Shown here: positions 38,401 through 47,858 of the stretch, one piece after another
Layout: each line of letters begins with the position of its first letter
Position numbering within the stretch: the first letter of the stretch is position 1
NCBI GenBank assembly: GCA_040390045.1
Contig: JAZJZC010000004.1
Span: 67,157-131,156 of the forward strand
Direction of reading: 5' to 3'
Length of the DNA stretch: 64,000 nt
Source of the DNA: Patescibacteria group bacterium
GTDB lineage: Bacteria; Patescibacteriota; Minisyncoccia; Phycocordibacterales; SIBU01
Notes under the pieces: model-generated
Databases searched by the model: none
The model's input: only the letters and a program-made list of their open reading frames with translations
What the model was told of the DNA's origin: nothing
Program-made: the position numbers and the translations under genes

Positions 38401-39145
38401 AAAACGAGCTCCAAAAAATCCAGCCGTTGTTTCTCGTGTAGATGGAGTTGTTACAGAAATTCGTGACATGGGTAAGGAAAAAATCATCATCGTTGTTCCC
38501 GACATTGCAGATAAATCAAAGACCAAGAAAAAGGCTGAGATTGAATACACGATGGGTTATGCTCGAATTTCATTTGTAAAGGTAGGAGATACGATTAAAA
38601 AGGGTGACGTTATTACCGACGGTTCAGTTGATATTGATGAACTCTTCAAATACGCTGGTCATGAAAAAACTGAAGACTACATCATCGCCGAAGTTACCAA
38701 GCCTTACGAGCTCCAAGGAGAAACTGTTTCTCGAAAACACATTGAAGTGATCGTCCGACAGATGTTCAGCCGACGAAAAGTTCTTGATGGTGGAGGCACT
38801 GCGCTTTCAACTGGAGAAATGATTGATCTCTACCAACTTCATCTAGAAAACGAAAAAGCTAAGGAAGCCGGACTTGAGGAAGCCAAGGTTGAACCAGTGA
38901 TCATGGGAATTTCAGAGGTATCACTTTCACGCAAAAGCTTCCTTTCAGCCGCTTCCTTCCAACACACCACTCGCGTACTTATCAATGCCGCTATTCGCGG
39001 TAACGAAGACAAACTACTCGGTCTCATGGAAAACGTTATTATCGGACGCTTGATCCCAGCTGGAACTGGAGTTGTTGGTGGAGCAAAAGCTAATCTCATT
39101 AAAGAAAAGAGAGCAGAAAAAGAAGCTGAAGCCGCTCGAAGCTAG
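35468..39145 (+). CDS. rpoC: DNA-directed RNA polymerase subunit beta'
   Basis: 1225 aa; NADFDGDQM catalytic motif and zinc-binding Cys. Confidence 0.95.
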   Translation: MIKSKTIGNLNTFESIGLKIASPERIKEWSYGEITKPETINYRTQRSEKSGLFDEKIFGPDRDYECYCGKYRGIRYKGIVCEKCGVEITRSIVRRERMGHIDLATPVSHIWFLRSMPSRLGLILGMATGDLEKVIYFAGYIVTKIFEDDRAQILKDLDAEYKSKVKSLQDEKSKDAIKEKCVAAKKEIESVQEGTVLDEVAYHNFSMKYGTLFEASIGAEAVYSLCKNIDLKKLENKLEQDFQEASSLEKDKINKRLSLVRSMINSNIRPEWMFLTRIPVIPPALRPMVPLDGGRYATSDVNDLYRRVINRNNRLKKLKEINAPDVILRNEKRILQEAVDSLIDNSIRHGNTPSGALNQSQRRPLKSLSDNLKGKRGLFRQNLLGKRVDYSARSVIVVGPELKLDQCGLPKHMALELFRPFVIGELLRRELAFNIRGAGRLIDEDVPEVWAILEEITKDKYVLLNRAPTLHRLGIQAFRPVLIEGNAIHVHPLVCTAFNADFDGDQMAVHLPLGVEAQLEAKEIMASDKNILKPGNGDPIVSAKMLDIVLGCYWMTKIIPGATGEGKYFSSPNAAITAFNFDAVEFRAKVKVMGTSNLKYKEFEGGLFETSVGRLLFNSVLPSDYPYINQDIERKKMAWLVDDLINRYGIKNIPPIMDKIKSFGFKYATYSGVTWGIDDVKIPEKKPEVIDAAKKKSDLVLNQYNEGLLSKEEKLRKNIEIWHGAKNEIEKLIPATLPVNGSVHDMVFSGARGSFSQITQMAGMKGLIQNTAGETIEFPILSSMKEGLTPIEYFITTHGSRKGLTDTALNTAKAGYLTRKLFVAAQDTIVTEEDCGTKDTLTIKRVGALGGDPTLAKHIKGRVLGADAIGKNGEVILKKGTLLSKIDALKIQDEGALEAKVRSPLTCKSIHGVCIKCYGVDLGKFESVGIGEAVGTVAAQAIGEPGTQLTMRTFHAGGTASVGGDITQGLPRVEELFEKRAPKNPAVVSRVDGVVTEIRDMGKEKIIIVVPDIADKSKTKKKAEIEYTMGYARISFVKVGDTIKKGDVITDGSVDIDELFKYAGHEKTEDYIIAEVTKPYELQGETVSRKHIEVIVRQMFSRRKVLDGGGTALSTGEMIDLYQLHLENEKAKEAGLEEAKVEPVIMGISEVSLSRKSFLSAASFQHTTRVLINAAIRGNEDKLLGLMENVIIGRLIPAGTGVVGGAKANLIKEKRAEKEAEAARS

Positions 39146-39154
39146 TTTTTCCGA

Positions 39155-39204
39155 TTGACGTCACAGAAACACTTGTATATACTTCTGTATATACAAGTGT
39201 TTCT
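39155..39204 (+). promoter_or_regulatory. promoter TTGACG-17-TATACT embedded in perfect 40-bp palindrome (candidate MazE/MazF operator)
   Basis: Arms agaaacacttgtatatac / gtatatacaagtgtttct at 39165-39204. ATG of antitoxin at 39215. Confidence 0.6.
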
Positions 39205-39214
39205 AGTAATTAAC

Positions 39215-39457
39215 ATGACAACGAAAATTCAAAAGTGGGGAAATAGTCTCGCTGTTCGCCTACCAAAAGAGGCGGCGGAAAACGCTGGTCTAAAACAAGG
39301 CTCAGTTGTATCTATCGTATCGAATGATGATTTGATTTCTATTAAACCGCTTTCGAAACCGAAAGAGACCCTTTCGCAACTTGTACGGAAAATTAGCGCC
39401 AAAAACAGACACGAGGAAATTGACTGGGGTAAAATGAAAGGCAAAGAAGTATGGTAA
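39215..39457 (+). CDS. mazE: MazE/AbrB-type antitoxin
   Basis: SpoVT/AbrB swapped-hairpin motif KWGNSLAVRLPKE. Confidence 0.75.
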   Translation: MTTKIQKWGNSLAVRLPKEAAENAGLKQGSVVSIVSNDDLISIKPLSKPKETLSQLVRKISAKNRHEEIDWGKMKGKEVW

Positions 39458-39792
39458 GACAAGCCTATATTCCCAATAGGGGCGACATCGTATGGATGAG
39501 CTTCGATCCTTCGTTTGGACATGAACAAGCAGGGAGAAGGCCGGCGTTAGTTGTATCGCCAAGGGTGTATAATAAAAAAACCAGCATGGCGATTTGTTGC
39601 CCAATTACGAGGTCAATCAAAGGTTACTCGTTTGAAGTTGAAATTTTGGTTGATGGTGTACAGAGTGTTGCACTAGCAGATCAAATCCGCGCACTCGATT
39701 GGTCAAAAAGAAAGTGCCAGTTCATAGGCAAGGTCTCTGAAGCGCAATTATCTGAGTTACAAAGCAAAATTAGTGAATTGATACAAGGATAA
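39451..39792 (+). CDS. mazF: MazF/PemK-family endoribonuclease toxin
   Basis: PNRGDIVWMSFDPSFGHEQAGRRPALVVS..PITRS. Overlaps mazE by 7 nt. Confidence 0.8.
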   Translation: MVRQAYIPNRGDIVWMSFDPSFGHEQAGRRPALVVSPRVYNKKTSMAICCPITRSIKGYSFEVEILVDGVQSVALADQIRALDWSKRKCQFIGKVSEAQLSELQSKISELIQG

Positions 39793-39794
39793 CT

Positions 39795-41561
39795 ATGTCA
39801 GGAAACGTAGATCAAATAAAAGAAAGGCTTAGCATAGTTGATGTTGTCGGTTCCTATGTTAAGCTCGAAAAAGCAGGTAGCAACTACAAAGCTCGGTGTC
39901 CATTTCATAATGAAAAGACGCCGTCCTTTTTCGTGTCGCCAGATAGAAATTCCTTTTACTGCTTCGGCTGCCAAGTGAAAGGTGATATTTTTTCCTTTGT
40001 CGAACAATTTGAAGGGTTGGATTTTGTCGGAGCACTAAAGGTTCTAGCTCAAAAAGCTGGAGTGACACTGGAACGAGAAAATCCTAAAGCTAAGAGCGAA
40101 AAAGACAGACTGTACTCAGTACTCGATGCTGCAACTAGCTTTTTCGAAAAATCATTGAGTTTGGATTCTGAGGCAAAAGAATATTTGGCCAAGAGGGGAG
40201 TAAAACCTGAAACTATTAAAGATTGGCGATTAGGTTTTGCGCCCGACTCTTGGAGGGCGCTGTACGATGATCTTACTGCCAAAGGCTTTACTACCGGAGA
40301 GATGATTTCTGCAGGACTTGTTAAGAAATCGGAGAAAGGTTTCTTCGATTTTTTCCGTGGCCGAATTATGTTTCCGATTTTTGACAGCTCAGAAAGAGTT
40401 ATCGGATTTTCCGGCAGAATTCTATCGCGACTTGATGACGGAAAAACTGGCAAATACGTCAATAGCCCTGAAACAATCCTGTTCAACAAGTCGCGAGTTC
40501 TGTACGGCTTGCACAAAGCGAAATACGACATTCGAAAACGTGATTATTCAATCATGGTGGAAGGCCAAATGGATCTGGTACTCTCACACCAGGCCGGCTT
40601 CAGCAACACTGTTGCCGTCTCAGGTACCGCACTTTCGCAAGACATTTTAAGTGATAATGGAGTGACTAATCTCGGACTGCTAACACGACTTTCAAAAAAC
40701 ATTATTCTTTCGTTCGATTCTGACGAGGCGGGTTTTAAGGCGTCCGCACGAAACGCTAAAACCGCGTTAATGCTTGGGATGGATGTAAAAGTTGCAAAGC
40801 TGCCACAGGGCGAGGATCCTGCTGATATTATCTTGAGAAATCCTGCCGAGTGGGCGGAAATTATTAAAAATTCCAAACACGTCATTGATTTTTCTCTCGA
40901 AACTCTGCTTGAGAAAAAACTTGAACCGCGAAAATTGGGTGTTGAGATTCAAAAACTCATACTGCCATACGTAAAATCGCTTCAAAGTGCTATCGATCAG
41001 TCACACTTTATAACAAAAATTTCCGCATTGGCTGGAATAAAAGAGGACGCGCTATGGGCTGAGTTTAAGAAAATTGAAGTGGAACCAGCGATTGAAACTT
41101 TGCAGTTTAAAACCTCCGAAACCGCTGAACCCAAAAAAGCCAACCGAAAAAATAATATCGAGAAAAAAGTTTTAGGGATTCTAGTCTGGCAAGAAGCCAA
41201 AAAGAGCGATCAGAAAATTAATGTTTCCGAACTTCGAAAAAACTTGGTAGCAATCTTAGGCAACGAACAGTTTAACCTTTTAGAAACCGCAAACAAAAAC
41301 AACCTTAATGATTTAATTTTTGAAGCCGAGCTGTCCTACGATAACTCCTTAAATCTCAAGCACACAATCGCAGAACTTTTACTTAATCTTGAAGAAGAAG
41401 TCATTGATCAAAAGTTGGCAGAAGCTATGAGCCTGTTGTATTCGAAGGAAAATAAAACCCATAGCGTGCATATGACCTCCGTTGACACTCTGTCACGAAG
41501 AAAGCAGGAATTACGTCTACTTAGAAGTAAATTGACCACAGAAAGTAGCAATAAATTATGA
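39795..41561 (+). CDS. dnaG: DNA primase
   Basis: Zinc-binding CPFHNEKTPSF...CFGC motif and a TOPRIM core. Confidence 0.9.
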   Translation: MSGNVDQIKERLSIVDVVGSYVKLEKAGSNYKARCPFHNEKTPSFFVSPDRNSFYCFGCQVKGDIFSFVEQFEGLDFVGALKVLAQKAGVTLERENPKAKSEKDRLYSVLDAATSFFEKSLSLDSEAKEYLAKRGVKPETIKDWRLGFAPDSWRALYDDLTAKGFTTGEMISAGLVKKSEKGFFDFFRGRIMFPIFDSSERVIGFSGRILSRLDDGKTGKYVNSPETILFNKSRVLYGLHKAKYDIRKRDYSIMVEGQMDLVLSHQAGFSNTVAVSGTALSQDILSDNGVTNLGLLTRLSKNIILSFDSDEAGFKASARNAKTALMLGMDVKVAKLPQGEDPADIILRNPAEWAEIIKNSKHVIDFSLETLLEKKLEPRKLGVEIQKLILPYVKSLQSAIDQSHFITKISALAGIKEDALWAEFKKIEVEPAIETLQFKTSETAEPKKANRKNNIEKKVLGILVWQEAKKSDQKINVSELRKNLVAILGNEQFNLLETANKNNLNDLIFEAELSYDNSLNLKHTIAELLLNLEEEVIDQKLAEAMSLLYSKENKTHSVHMTSVDTLSRRKQELRLLRSKLTTESSNKL

Positions 41562-41638
41562 GGTAGTTTTATAAAGAAAACCCTTGATAACCCTGCTAAA
41601 TAGTGTTAAAGTGCCTTCAAATAAACCTAAATTTTGAT

Positions 41639-42862
41639 ATGAAAAAAACCAAAAGCAAAAAGTCTAAAATCGTAAAAAAGCCAGTTTCCAAGGCAAAAAC
41701 CTCTAAGAAGTCCAAAGCTCAAAAGGCTCCTAAAAAGAAGCTAAAATCAAAAGCCAAGGCTCCAAAAGCCTTCGTTTCCAAGAAAGACAAGGAAATGAAT
41801 GACAAAGCGCAGAAACTTTTCCTCAAGGGTAAGGATCGCGGTTTCGTCACTCACGATGAAATCCTCAAAGAATTTCCTCACATCGAGGACGATATTTTTT
41901 TCCTGGATCAACTCTATGCCAAACTTCACGATGGTGGAATTGACATCCTAGAAAGTGGTGGAATGCTCGACCTCGGTGATGAGGTTGCGACAAAGAAAAA
42001 TGTTTACGAAGGACGCGCATCAGAGTCTTCCTACGACTCGATCCAGATGTATCTGAAAGAAATTGGTCAGTACCCTTTGATTTACGCACAAGAGGAAAAA
42101 GATTTAGCCAAGAGAATTCAGACTGGCGATGAAGAAGCAAAAAATCTTTTGGCTCGTGCCAACCTCAGACTCGTGGTTTCAATTGCCAAAAAATACGTCG
42201 GTCGCTCGCCCGACCTCACCCTTCTCGACCTCATTCAAGAAGGTAACCTCGGTCTTTTCAAAGCAGTCGATAAATTCGATTGGACCAAAGGTTTCAAATT
42301 TTCAACCTACGCCACCTGGTGGATCCGCCAGGCTATTACTCGCGCCTTGGCAGACCAATCTCGCACCATTCGCGTCCCAGTACACATGGTAGAAACTATT
42401 GCTAAATACAAACAAGTCGTCCGCCGACTTTCTCAAGACCTAGGCCGCGATCCGTTACCTGAAGAAATTGCCGTTGAAATGGGACTTGATGTTGAGAAAG
42501 TTTATAATATTGAAAAAATTGATCAGGATACTGTATCACTCGAAAGCCCAGTAGGGGACGAAGGTGATGATGGTAAATCAACTCTCGGGGATTTTATCGC
42601 TGATGACAAAATTCTTTCACCTGACCACGAATCATCTCGCCGCATTCTTTCCGATCAAGTCAAAGAAATTCTCAACGATCTTTCAGAAAAAGAACGACGA
42701 ATTTTGGAAATGCGTCATGGACTAAATGACGGCGTCACTCACACCCTCGAAGAAGTCGGTCAAAAATTCGGCGTCACACGCGAGCGTATCCGCCAAATTG
42801 AAGCTAAAGCTCACGAAAAAATAAGACAACACGATAAGGCTAAAAGACTCGAAAATTACTAA
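41639..42862 (+). CDS. rpoD: RNA polymerase sigma-70 factor RpoD with Lys-rich N-terminal extension
   Basis: Regions 2-4 present ([23 protein letters not shown]). ATG at 41639 preferred over GTG at 41603. Confidence 0.88.
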   Translation: MKKTKSKKSKIVKKPVSKAKTSKKSKAQKAPKKKLKSKAKAPKAFVSKKDKEMNDKAQKLFLKGKDRGFVTHDEILKEFPHIEDDIFFLDQLYAKLHDGGIDILESGGMLDLGDEVATKKNVYEGRASESSYDSIQMYLKEIGQYPLIYAQEEKDLAKRIQTGDEEAKNLLARANLRLVVSIAKKYVGRSPDLTLLDLIQEGNLGLFKAVDKFDWTKGFKFSTYATWWIRQAITRALADQSRTIRVPVHMVETIAKYKQVVRRLSQDLGRDPLPEEIAVEMGLDVEKVYNIEKIDQDTVSLESPVGDEGDDGKSTLGDFIADDKILSPDHESSRRILSDQVKEILNDLSEKERRILEMRHGLNDGVTHTLEEVGQKFGVTRERIRQIEAKAHEKIRQHDKAKRLENY

Positions 42863-42866
42863 TTTT

Positions 42867-42900
42867 AAAACCGCCCCCGATGAACATCGCGGGCGGTTTT
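42867..42900 (+). terminator. rho-independent terminator after rpoD
   Basis: aaaaccgcccccgatgaacatcgcgggcggtttt. Confidence 0.75.
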
Positions 42901-42969
42901 GTATAAAGAAAAAACCCAATATCCGGAGATATTGGGTGCCTCGTTAAGTCGAGACTGACAGTGATACTG

Positions 42970-44382
42970 CTACTCAGTGGTGGCAGGCGGAACCGGAGTT
43001 CCCCGAAGCCAGTCGAAAAGGTTGCCCTCATCAAAAGCGGCAATAAGGTTGACCGCAACCTTCTTCAGATGATTTCCCAAATCCCTGCCTGCCCAGTTGG
43101 TGTTGTAATCGTAGGCAATGGGTTTATGGAAAATGTGCCAGTAGGGCCGATCGATGGCATTAAAACCCACTAGCCCTCCTTGATTAGCGCGGAGAAATGC
43201 AATCGTGTCCGCGACCATTTCATTGAACAATGGGAATGTCCCGGAATCCGAGAACCTTCCGATCACAAACATGTACGGGATTCCTTTTTTGAATCCTACA
43301 ACGTACGGATCAATTGATCGCAACCAGTTGGTGTTCTTCCAGTCGCCGCCAGCGACGTCATGATAAGGGGTCATTATCACGAGATAATCAAAAAGGCCAC
43401 GTGCCTCCCGAATTCGCCGCGAGATGGCTGGGGGAATCTGATCTCCTCCGTAGTGGCGAAGGGTCCGCGTGCGACGGTTGTACATCTGAAAAAAGTCCGC
43501 CCAGTTTTGATTGGGAAACAAGTTGCAGAAATACTTAGTCGATGAATGGACCTTCGGGTCCGGAACTTCCCAGATTTGATCCGCTTCGCGTGTCCCAGCC
43601 TCATCTGCCCAAAAATACCAAACTGGCACAGCGGTGAACAGGTCAGGTAGGTACTGGATCGGCAAGATCGTATCTCGCCGAACGAGATTCTCAGTGATCA
43701 TGAATCGAAGAGTCTCGCGAAACGATTTGAACCGGGCCACTTCGGCTCGGAGCGAATTGTTCTGCACATCCATGCCGAGCTCACTCTGGTTTTTAATGGC
43801 TTCATCAACTCCGGCATCAAGGGCGGTATCGTCCTCAGCCAGGCTAAATGTTGAGCCGAACTGGGCCAGCGCTGGGAACAGGTGCTCCAGGAAGAGCCGC
43901 ATCAGTTCGCCAACATTTTCCGGCACCGACGAGTCCCGAGGGACTTCCGATGCGGGTTGATTGGCAACCACCTGTGCGATCACCTCCGGCGGAATAGTTT
44001 TCACGCCCATGGCTTTCTGCCGAGCCGTCGGTTGTACCTCATTTGTAGCGAGTGCTCCTCCAGCGAATGGCGCCAGAGCAACAAAGCCCGGGATCGCTTG
44101 CGTGCCGGCGGGGATGAGCTCAATCTCAATGGTTTCAACAGCCCCGATGGCACGGTAGTACCCCGTTCCACGTTTCGGATCATTGGCCACATTAAACGAA
44201 ACCACCATACCCACGCGAGGTGGAGAGGAGCAGTCATCCTTATGCAGGAAGATGTCCGCGATGGTTTCGATGTTGTGTGGCCCACCATGGCTCATTGCCA
44301 CGGTCCTGATACCGATGAACGCGTATCCGTCATTACCCGGGACACTCACTACCCGGCCAGTGTATTTTCCAGCAGTTTGCAT
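42970..44382 (-). CDS. uncharacterized protein: N-terminal cold-shock/OB-like domain fused to large unknown C-terminal domain
   Basis: N-terminus GRVVSVPGNDGYAFIGI...DIFLHKDD resembles a CSD. C-terminal roughly 380 aa unrecognised, with possible HD-like H...HD...H.H.D spacing (RHYGG, YHDVAGG, WHIFHK). GC far above window average. SD-like AAAGG 7-10 nt upstream. Confidence 0.6.
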   Translation of the reverse strand: MQTAGKYTGRVVSVPGNDGYAFIGIRTVAMSHGGPHNIETIADIFLHKDDCSSPPRVGMVVSFNVANDPKRGTGYYRAIGAVETIEIELIPAGTQAIPGFVALAPFAGGALATNEVQPTARQKAMGVKTIPPEVIAQVVANQPASEVPRDSSVPENVGELMRLFLEHLFPALAQFGSTFSLAEDDTALDAGVDEAIKNQSELGMDVQNNSLRAEVARFKSFRETLRFMITENLVRRDTILPIQYLPDLFTAVPVWYFWADEAGTREADQIWEVPDPKVHSSTKYFCNLFPNQNWADFFQMYNRRTRTLRHYGGDQIPPAISRRIREARGLFDYLVIMTPYHDVAGGDWKNTNWLRSIDPYVVGFKKGIPYMFVIGRFSDSGTFPLFNEMVADTIAFLRANQGGLVGFNAIDRPYWHIFHKPIAYDYNTNWAGRDLGNHLKKVAVNLIAAFDEGNLFDWLRGTPVPPATTE

Positions 44383-44498
44383 TGTTACCTTTCAGTCAGT
44401 TGGACAGTCAGTCAGAATCTTTCAAAGGACCTATCCGTTTCCTTCAGAGATACTAAACACCACAGCGGCGTTCAGTAGACTGAAGGAAACCTCGACGC

Positions 44499-44528
44499 AT
44501 TATAATACATTTATACCTACTTTGTCAA
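44499..44528 (-). promoter_or_regulatory. near-consensus sigma70 promoter driving the CSD-fusion gene
   Basis: Minus strand reads TTGACA-17/18-TATAAT. The 5' UTR is about 115 nt and contains a 10-bp perfect inverted repeat tttccttcag/ctgaaggaaa (44438-44489). Confidence 0.55.
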
Positions 44529-44533
44529 CAATT

Positions 44534-44560
44534 AAAAAGACGCCTGAAAAGCGTCTAAAG
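44534..44560 (-). terminator. terminator after the small Rx4H protein gene
   Basis: Minus strand reads agacgc-ttttcag-gcgtct followed by ttttt. Confidence 0.6.
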
Positions 44561-44575
44561 ATGAGGGTGATTTAA

Positions 44576-44845
44576 TCAAATTGGAGAGACCAAGAAGGGG
44601 TATTTGTCTGGATTGAAACCGCTTTCCTTGAGCGCATCGCGAAGGTCGGCAAGTCCAGCCCAAACTTGGTCCTTCTTTTTGCTACCACTGGGAAGGCTGA
44701 TTGAAAGAAGCTGGTTGACGCTATCAATTCGGTGCTTCAGCATAAACCGGAATGTCGGACGCCTGATTTTGAACCCAGCGTGAACGGAAAACTGGCCGAT
44801 TGACATGGCTCCCAATTTCGCCAGCCTTGAATTTTTTCTTCCCAT
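44576..44845 (-). CDS. small hypothetical protein with Rx4H motif (possible HEPN-like)
   Basis: ATG at 44843-44845; the track start is TTG at 44869. Contains RFMLKH. Confidence 0.35.
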   Translation of the reverse strand: MGRKNSRLAKLGAMSIGQFSVHAGFKIRRPTFRFMLKHRIDSVNQLLSISLPSGSKKKDQVWAGLADLRDALKESGFNPDKYPFLVSPI

Positions 44846-44921
44846 AACATTAGAACAATAGCTTTTCAAAGCTTACCCCACGTATTAATTTTGTGCAATT
44901 AGTCATGCTATACTTTTTGGC

Positions 44922-47840
44922 ATGGATTCACAGGAATTTACCAGGGCTTATAAAAACCTAAATTTAAAGCAAAAGGAAGCAGTAGACGCCATTGAAGGGC
45001 CGATCATGGTCATTGCTGGGCCTGGAACTGGTAAAACAACCATTCTTACCTTGCGTATTGCTCAAATTCTCCGTAAAACTGACACCCCTGCTTCTGGAAT
45101 TTTGGCAATTACCTACACTGAAGCGGGAGTCAAGGCCATGCGACAAAAGTTGCGACAAATTATTGGCTCGAGAGCGGATGAAGTGCGAATTCACACCTTT
45201 CATAATTTTGCCTCGTCCGTTATCGGAGAATTTAGAGATCATTTTGTGCATTTAGATCGAACGACCCAACTTAGTGATATCGAAGCTGAAAGTCTAATCC
45301 GTGAACTTTTAGAAACAGGAAAATTTCGTGACCTACGACCGTTTGGTAATCCTGATTTTTATATTCAAAAAATTATTAGTGCTATTAGCGATTCCAAGCG
45401 CGAGGCCTACACACCTGAGATGATACGGGCTTTTGTGGCGGATGAAAAAAAGAGAATTGAGAATGATGAGGAATCTGTTTCAACGCGCGGGAGTTCAAAG
45501 GGGGAGTTGAAAGCCGAGGCCAAAAAAGAGATCGAGAAAGGCGAGCGTACACTGGTTTTCGCTGATCTATACGAAGCGTACGAAAATAAAAAACGAGAGG
45601 ACAGGAAGATGGATTTTGATGACTTGATTATTGAACTCCTTTTAGCGCTCAGAAAAGACGAACTATTGTTGAGAATGCTACAGGAAAAATTTCTTTATTT
45701 ATTGGTAGACGAACATCAGGATACCAACAACTCCCAAAACGAGATTATTAAACTTTTGGCAAACTTTTTTGATGTGCCAAACATTTTCATAGTAGGAGAC
45801 GAGAAGCAATCAATCTATCGATTTCAAGGAGCGTCAGTTGAAAATTTTTTGAAGTTTCAAAGCTTGTGGAAAGATCTAAAAATCATTAACCTTGAAGCCA
45901 ACTACCGTTCTCACCAAAAAATCTTGGATGCCAGTTTTTCCATGATAGAGAACAACTATGCAAACGGTGAACATGAAAATTTACGAATTAAACTTCAAGC
46001 TAGTGGCGAAGAAGAGTCCCGTCCTGTGGATATTGTCAGCGGAAAAAACACCGAAACAATTGAAGAATATTTGATATCAGAACTAAGAACTATTCTAAAA
46101 AAAGAGCCCAAAGCCTCAGTAGCTCTTATCACCAAAACCAACCGTGACCTTGAGCGAGTACTTCGATTGTGTGAGACAAACAACGTGCCTGTTTCATCTG
46201 AACGAAGTGTCGATATTTTTAGCCATCCTATCGGTTCTTTATTTTTCGATCTTGCTGAGTTTTTATATGACCCGTCTCAACTAGAATTATTTGCTAAAAC
46301 CCTTATCGCTGGCCTGTGGGGAGTCACCTTTGAAAATTCAGTTGAATTATTGAAACTAATTAAAGCAGGTAAAAAAATCGATTTTTCAAAATTTCCTGAA
46401 CTTAAAATATTACAAAAAGAAATTACAAGTAACGGTGCCTTTAATTTTATAATTCTTCTAGCAGAGAAAAGTGGCTACGCAGCCATAACTGCTCGCGAGC
46501 CGGAGTATGTCGAAGTTTGGCGTGGCATTACCACATTGGCGGAAAATTTAATCCGCGAAGCCGATCTCACTGATCCACGAGAACTACTGAAACGACTTAT
46601 AGCTTACAAAACCTCGGCTGAAAACCGTAGTATTAAAATTAGTGTTGGAACACCAGATACCTCGATCCGAGCAATGACTGCCCACGGAAGTAAGGGTCTT
46701 GAATTTGATTACGTGTACATTCCATACGCCACTGAAGAGTCGTGGATCGGAAGAAATTGGGGCTATTATTTTGTTCTGCCAAAAACCAGAACTGCCAATG
46801 AGGTACCTGATGTCAGACGACTGTTTTACGTCGCACTTACACGTGCTCGCAAACATGTCACGATTCTTTTTGGAGAGGAGGAGCACGGCGATGGACTTTT
46901 GCCGTTGCGATTTATCGACGAGCTTGACCCAGCGCACACCTCGCGCATATCCTTGCCGGCTGGCTCTGTGAAAAAAGTGTCAGAAACTAAAGTACGCTCG
47001 CTCAGCGATCACAGCAAAAAAACTCTCGAGTATGCTAAACATCTTTTGCAAACCTCAGGATTATCGGTCACCGCGCTTAATCACTTTCTTGAGTGCCCGA
47101 GTGCTTTTCTCTATCAAAGTATTCTAAAACTTCCTCAAGCACCTGCGGCAACAGCCGAAAAGGGTAACGCCATGCATCTCGCTTTCTCAAAAGTTTGGGG
47201 ATCAGTGGATAAGAGCAAGAAAAATATTGAAAAAATTCTCACCGATACTACCGAATATTATTTTTCGGAATCGCTTTTGCCATTATTTGAAAAAGAAGCA
47301 GTGAAAAAAGAATTACTGCGAGATATTCCTATTGTTGCTCGCGAACTTGAATTTCATTTTGCTCAAGAAGGAAAAATATTTTCCGAAACATGGAGTGAGT
47401 CAGAGTTCAAAGGTAAACACCAAAAACAAGAAGTCGTGATTCCCGTTCACGGCAAAATCGACGCCATTGTCGATTCAGGGAAGGAAGCAAAAGTGTTTGA
47501 CTACAAGACTAAGAAAGCCATGTCTGAAAACGAGATTCGCGGTAATACCAAAAATAGCAACGGGGATTATTTCCGCCAATTAGTATTTTACAGACTGCTC
47601 CTTGAGCATGATTCTCGTTTTACAGGCCGCTTAATCACACCATCGCTTGTCTTTGCCGTTCCAGATGACAAGGGCAGATGTCCAACAATTACCTTAGCTG
47701 TTGAAAAAACTGATCTCGAAAAAATAAAAGCTGAAATTCAATCTTTGATCGATTCTGTTTGGTCGGGATCCCTTCTTACAGACAGATGTGAAGATCCAAA
47801 ATGTGAATGGTGTAAGCTCAAAGCAATATTACTCGCGTAG
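44922..47840 (+). CDS. UvrD/PcrA-family helicase fused to C-terminal Cas4/AddB-like Fe-S PD-(D/E)XK nuclease
   Basis: Walker A AGPGTGKTT, DEHQDTN, and helicase motifs. C-terminal D...DYKTKK nuclease core with C...CEDPKCEWC cysteine cluster. Confidence 0.8.
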   Translation: MDSQEFTRAYKNLNLKQKEAVDAIEGPIMVIAGPGTGKTTILTLRIAQILRKTDTPASGILAITYTEAGVKAMRQKLRQIIGSRADEVRIHTFHNFASSVIGEFRDHFVHLDRTTQLSDIEAESLIRELLETGKFRDLRPFGNPDFYIQKIISAISDSKREAYTPEMIRAFVADEKKRIENDEESVSTRGSSKGELKAEAKKEIEKGERTLVFADLYEAYENKKREDRKMDFDDLIIELLLALRKDELLLRMLQEKFLYLLVDEHQDTNNSQNEIIKLLANFFDVPNIFIVGDEKQSIYRFQGASVENFLKFQSLWKDLKIINLEANYRSHQKILDASFSMIENNYANGEHENLRIKLQASGEEESRPVDIVSGKNTETIEEYLISELRTILKKEPKASVALITKTNRDLERVLRLCETNNVPVSSERSVDIFSHPIGSLFFDLAEFLYDPSQLELFAKTLIAGLWGVTFENSVELLKLIKAGKKIDFSKFPELKILQKEITSNGAFNFIILLAEKSGYAAITAREPEYVEVWRGITTLAENLIREADLTDPRELLKRLIAYKTSAENRSIKISVGTPDTSIRAMTAHGSKGLEFDYVYIPYATEESWIGRNWGYYFVLPKTRTANEVPDVRRLFYVALTRARKHVTILFGEEEHGDGLLPLRFIDELDPAHTSRISLPAGSVKKVSETKVRSLSDHSKKTLEYAKHLLQTSGLSVTALNHFLECPSAFLYQSILKLPQAPAATAEKGNAMHLAFSKVWGSVDKSKKNIEKILTDTTEYYFSESLLPLFEKEAVKKELLRDIPIVARELEFHFAQEGKIFSETWSESEFKGKHQKQEVVIPVHGKIDAIVDSGKEAKVFDYKTKKAMSENEIRGNTKNSNGDYFRQLVFYRLLLEHDSRFTGRLITPSLVFAVPDDKGRCPTITLAVEKTDLEKIKAEIQSLIDSVWSGSLLTDRCEDPKCEWCKLKAILLA

Positions 47841-47858
47841 GACTACTACACAATGTAA

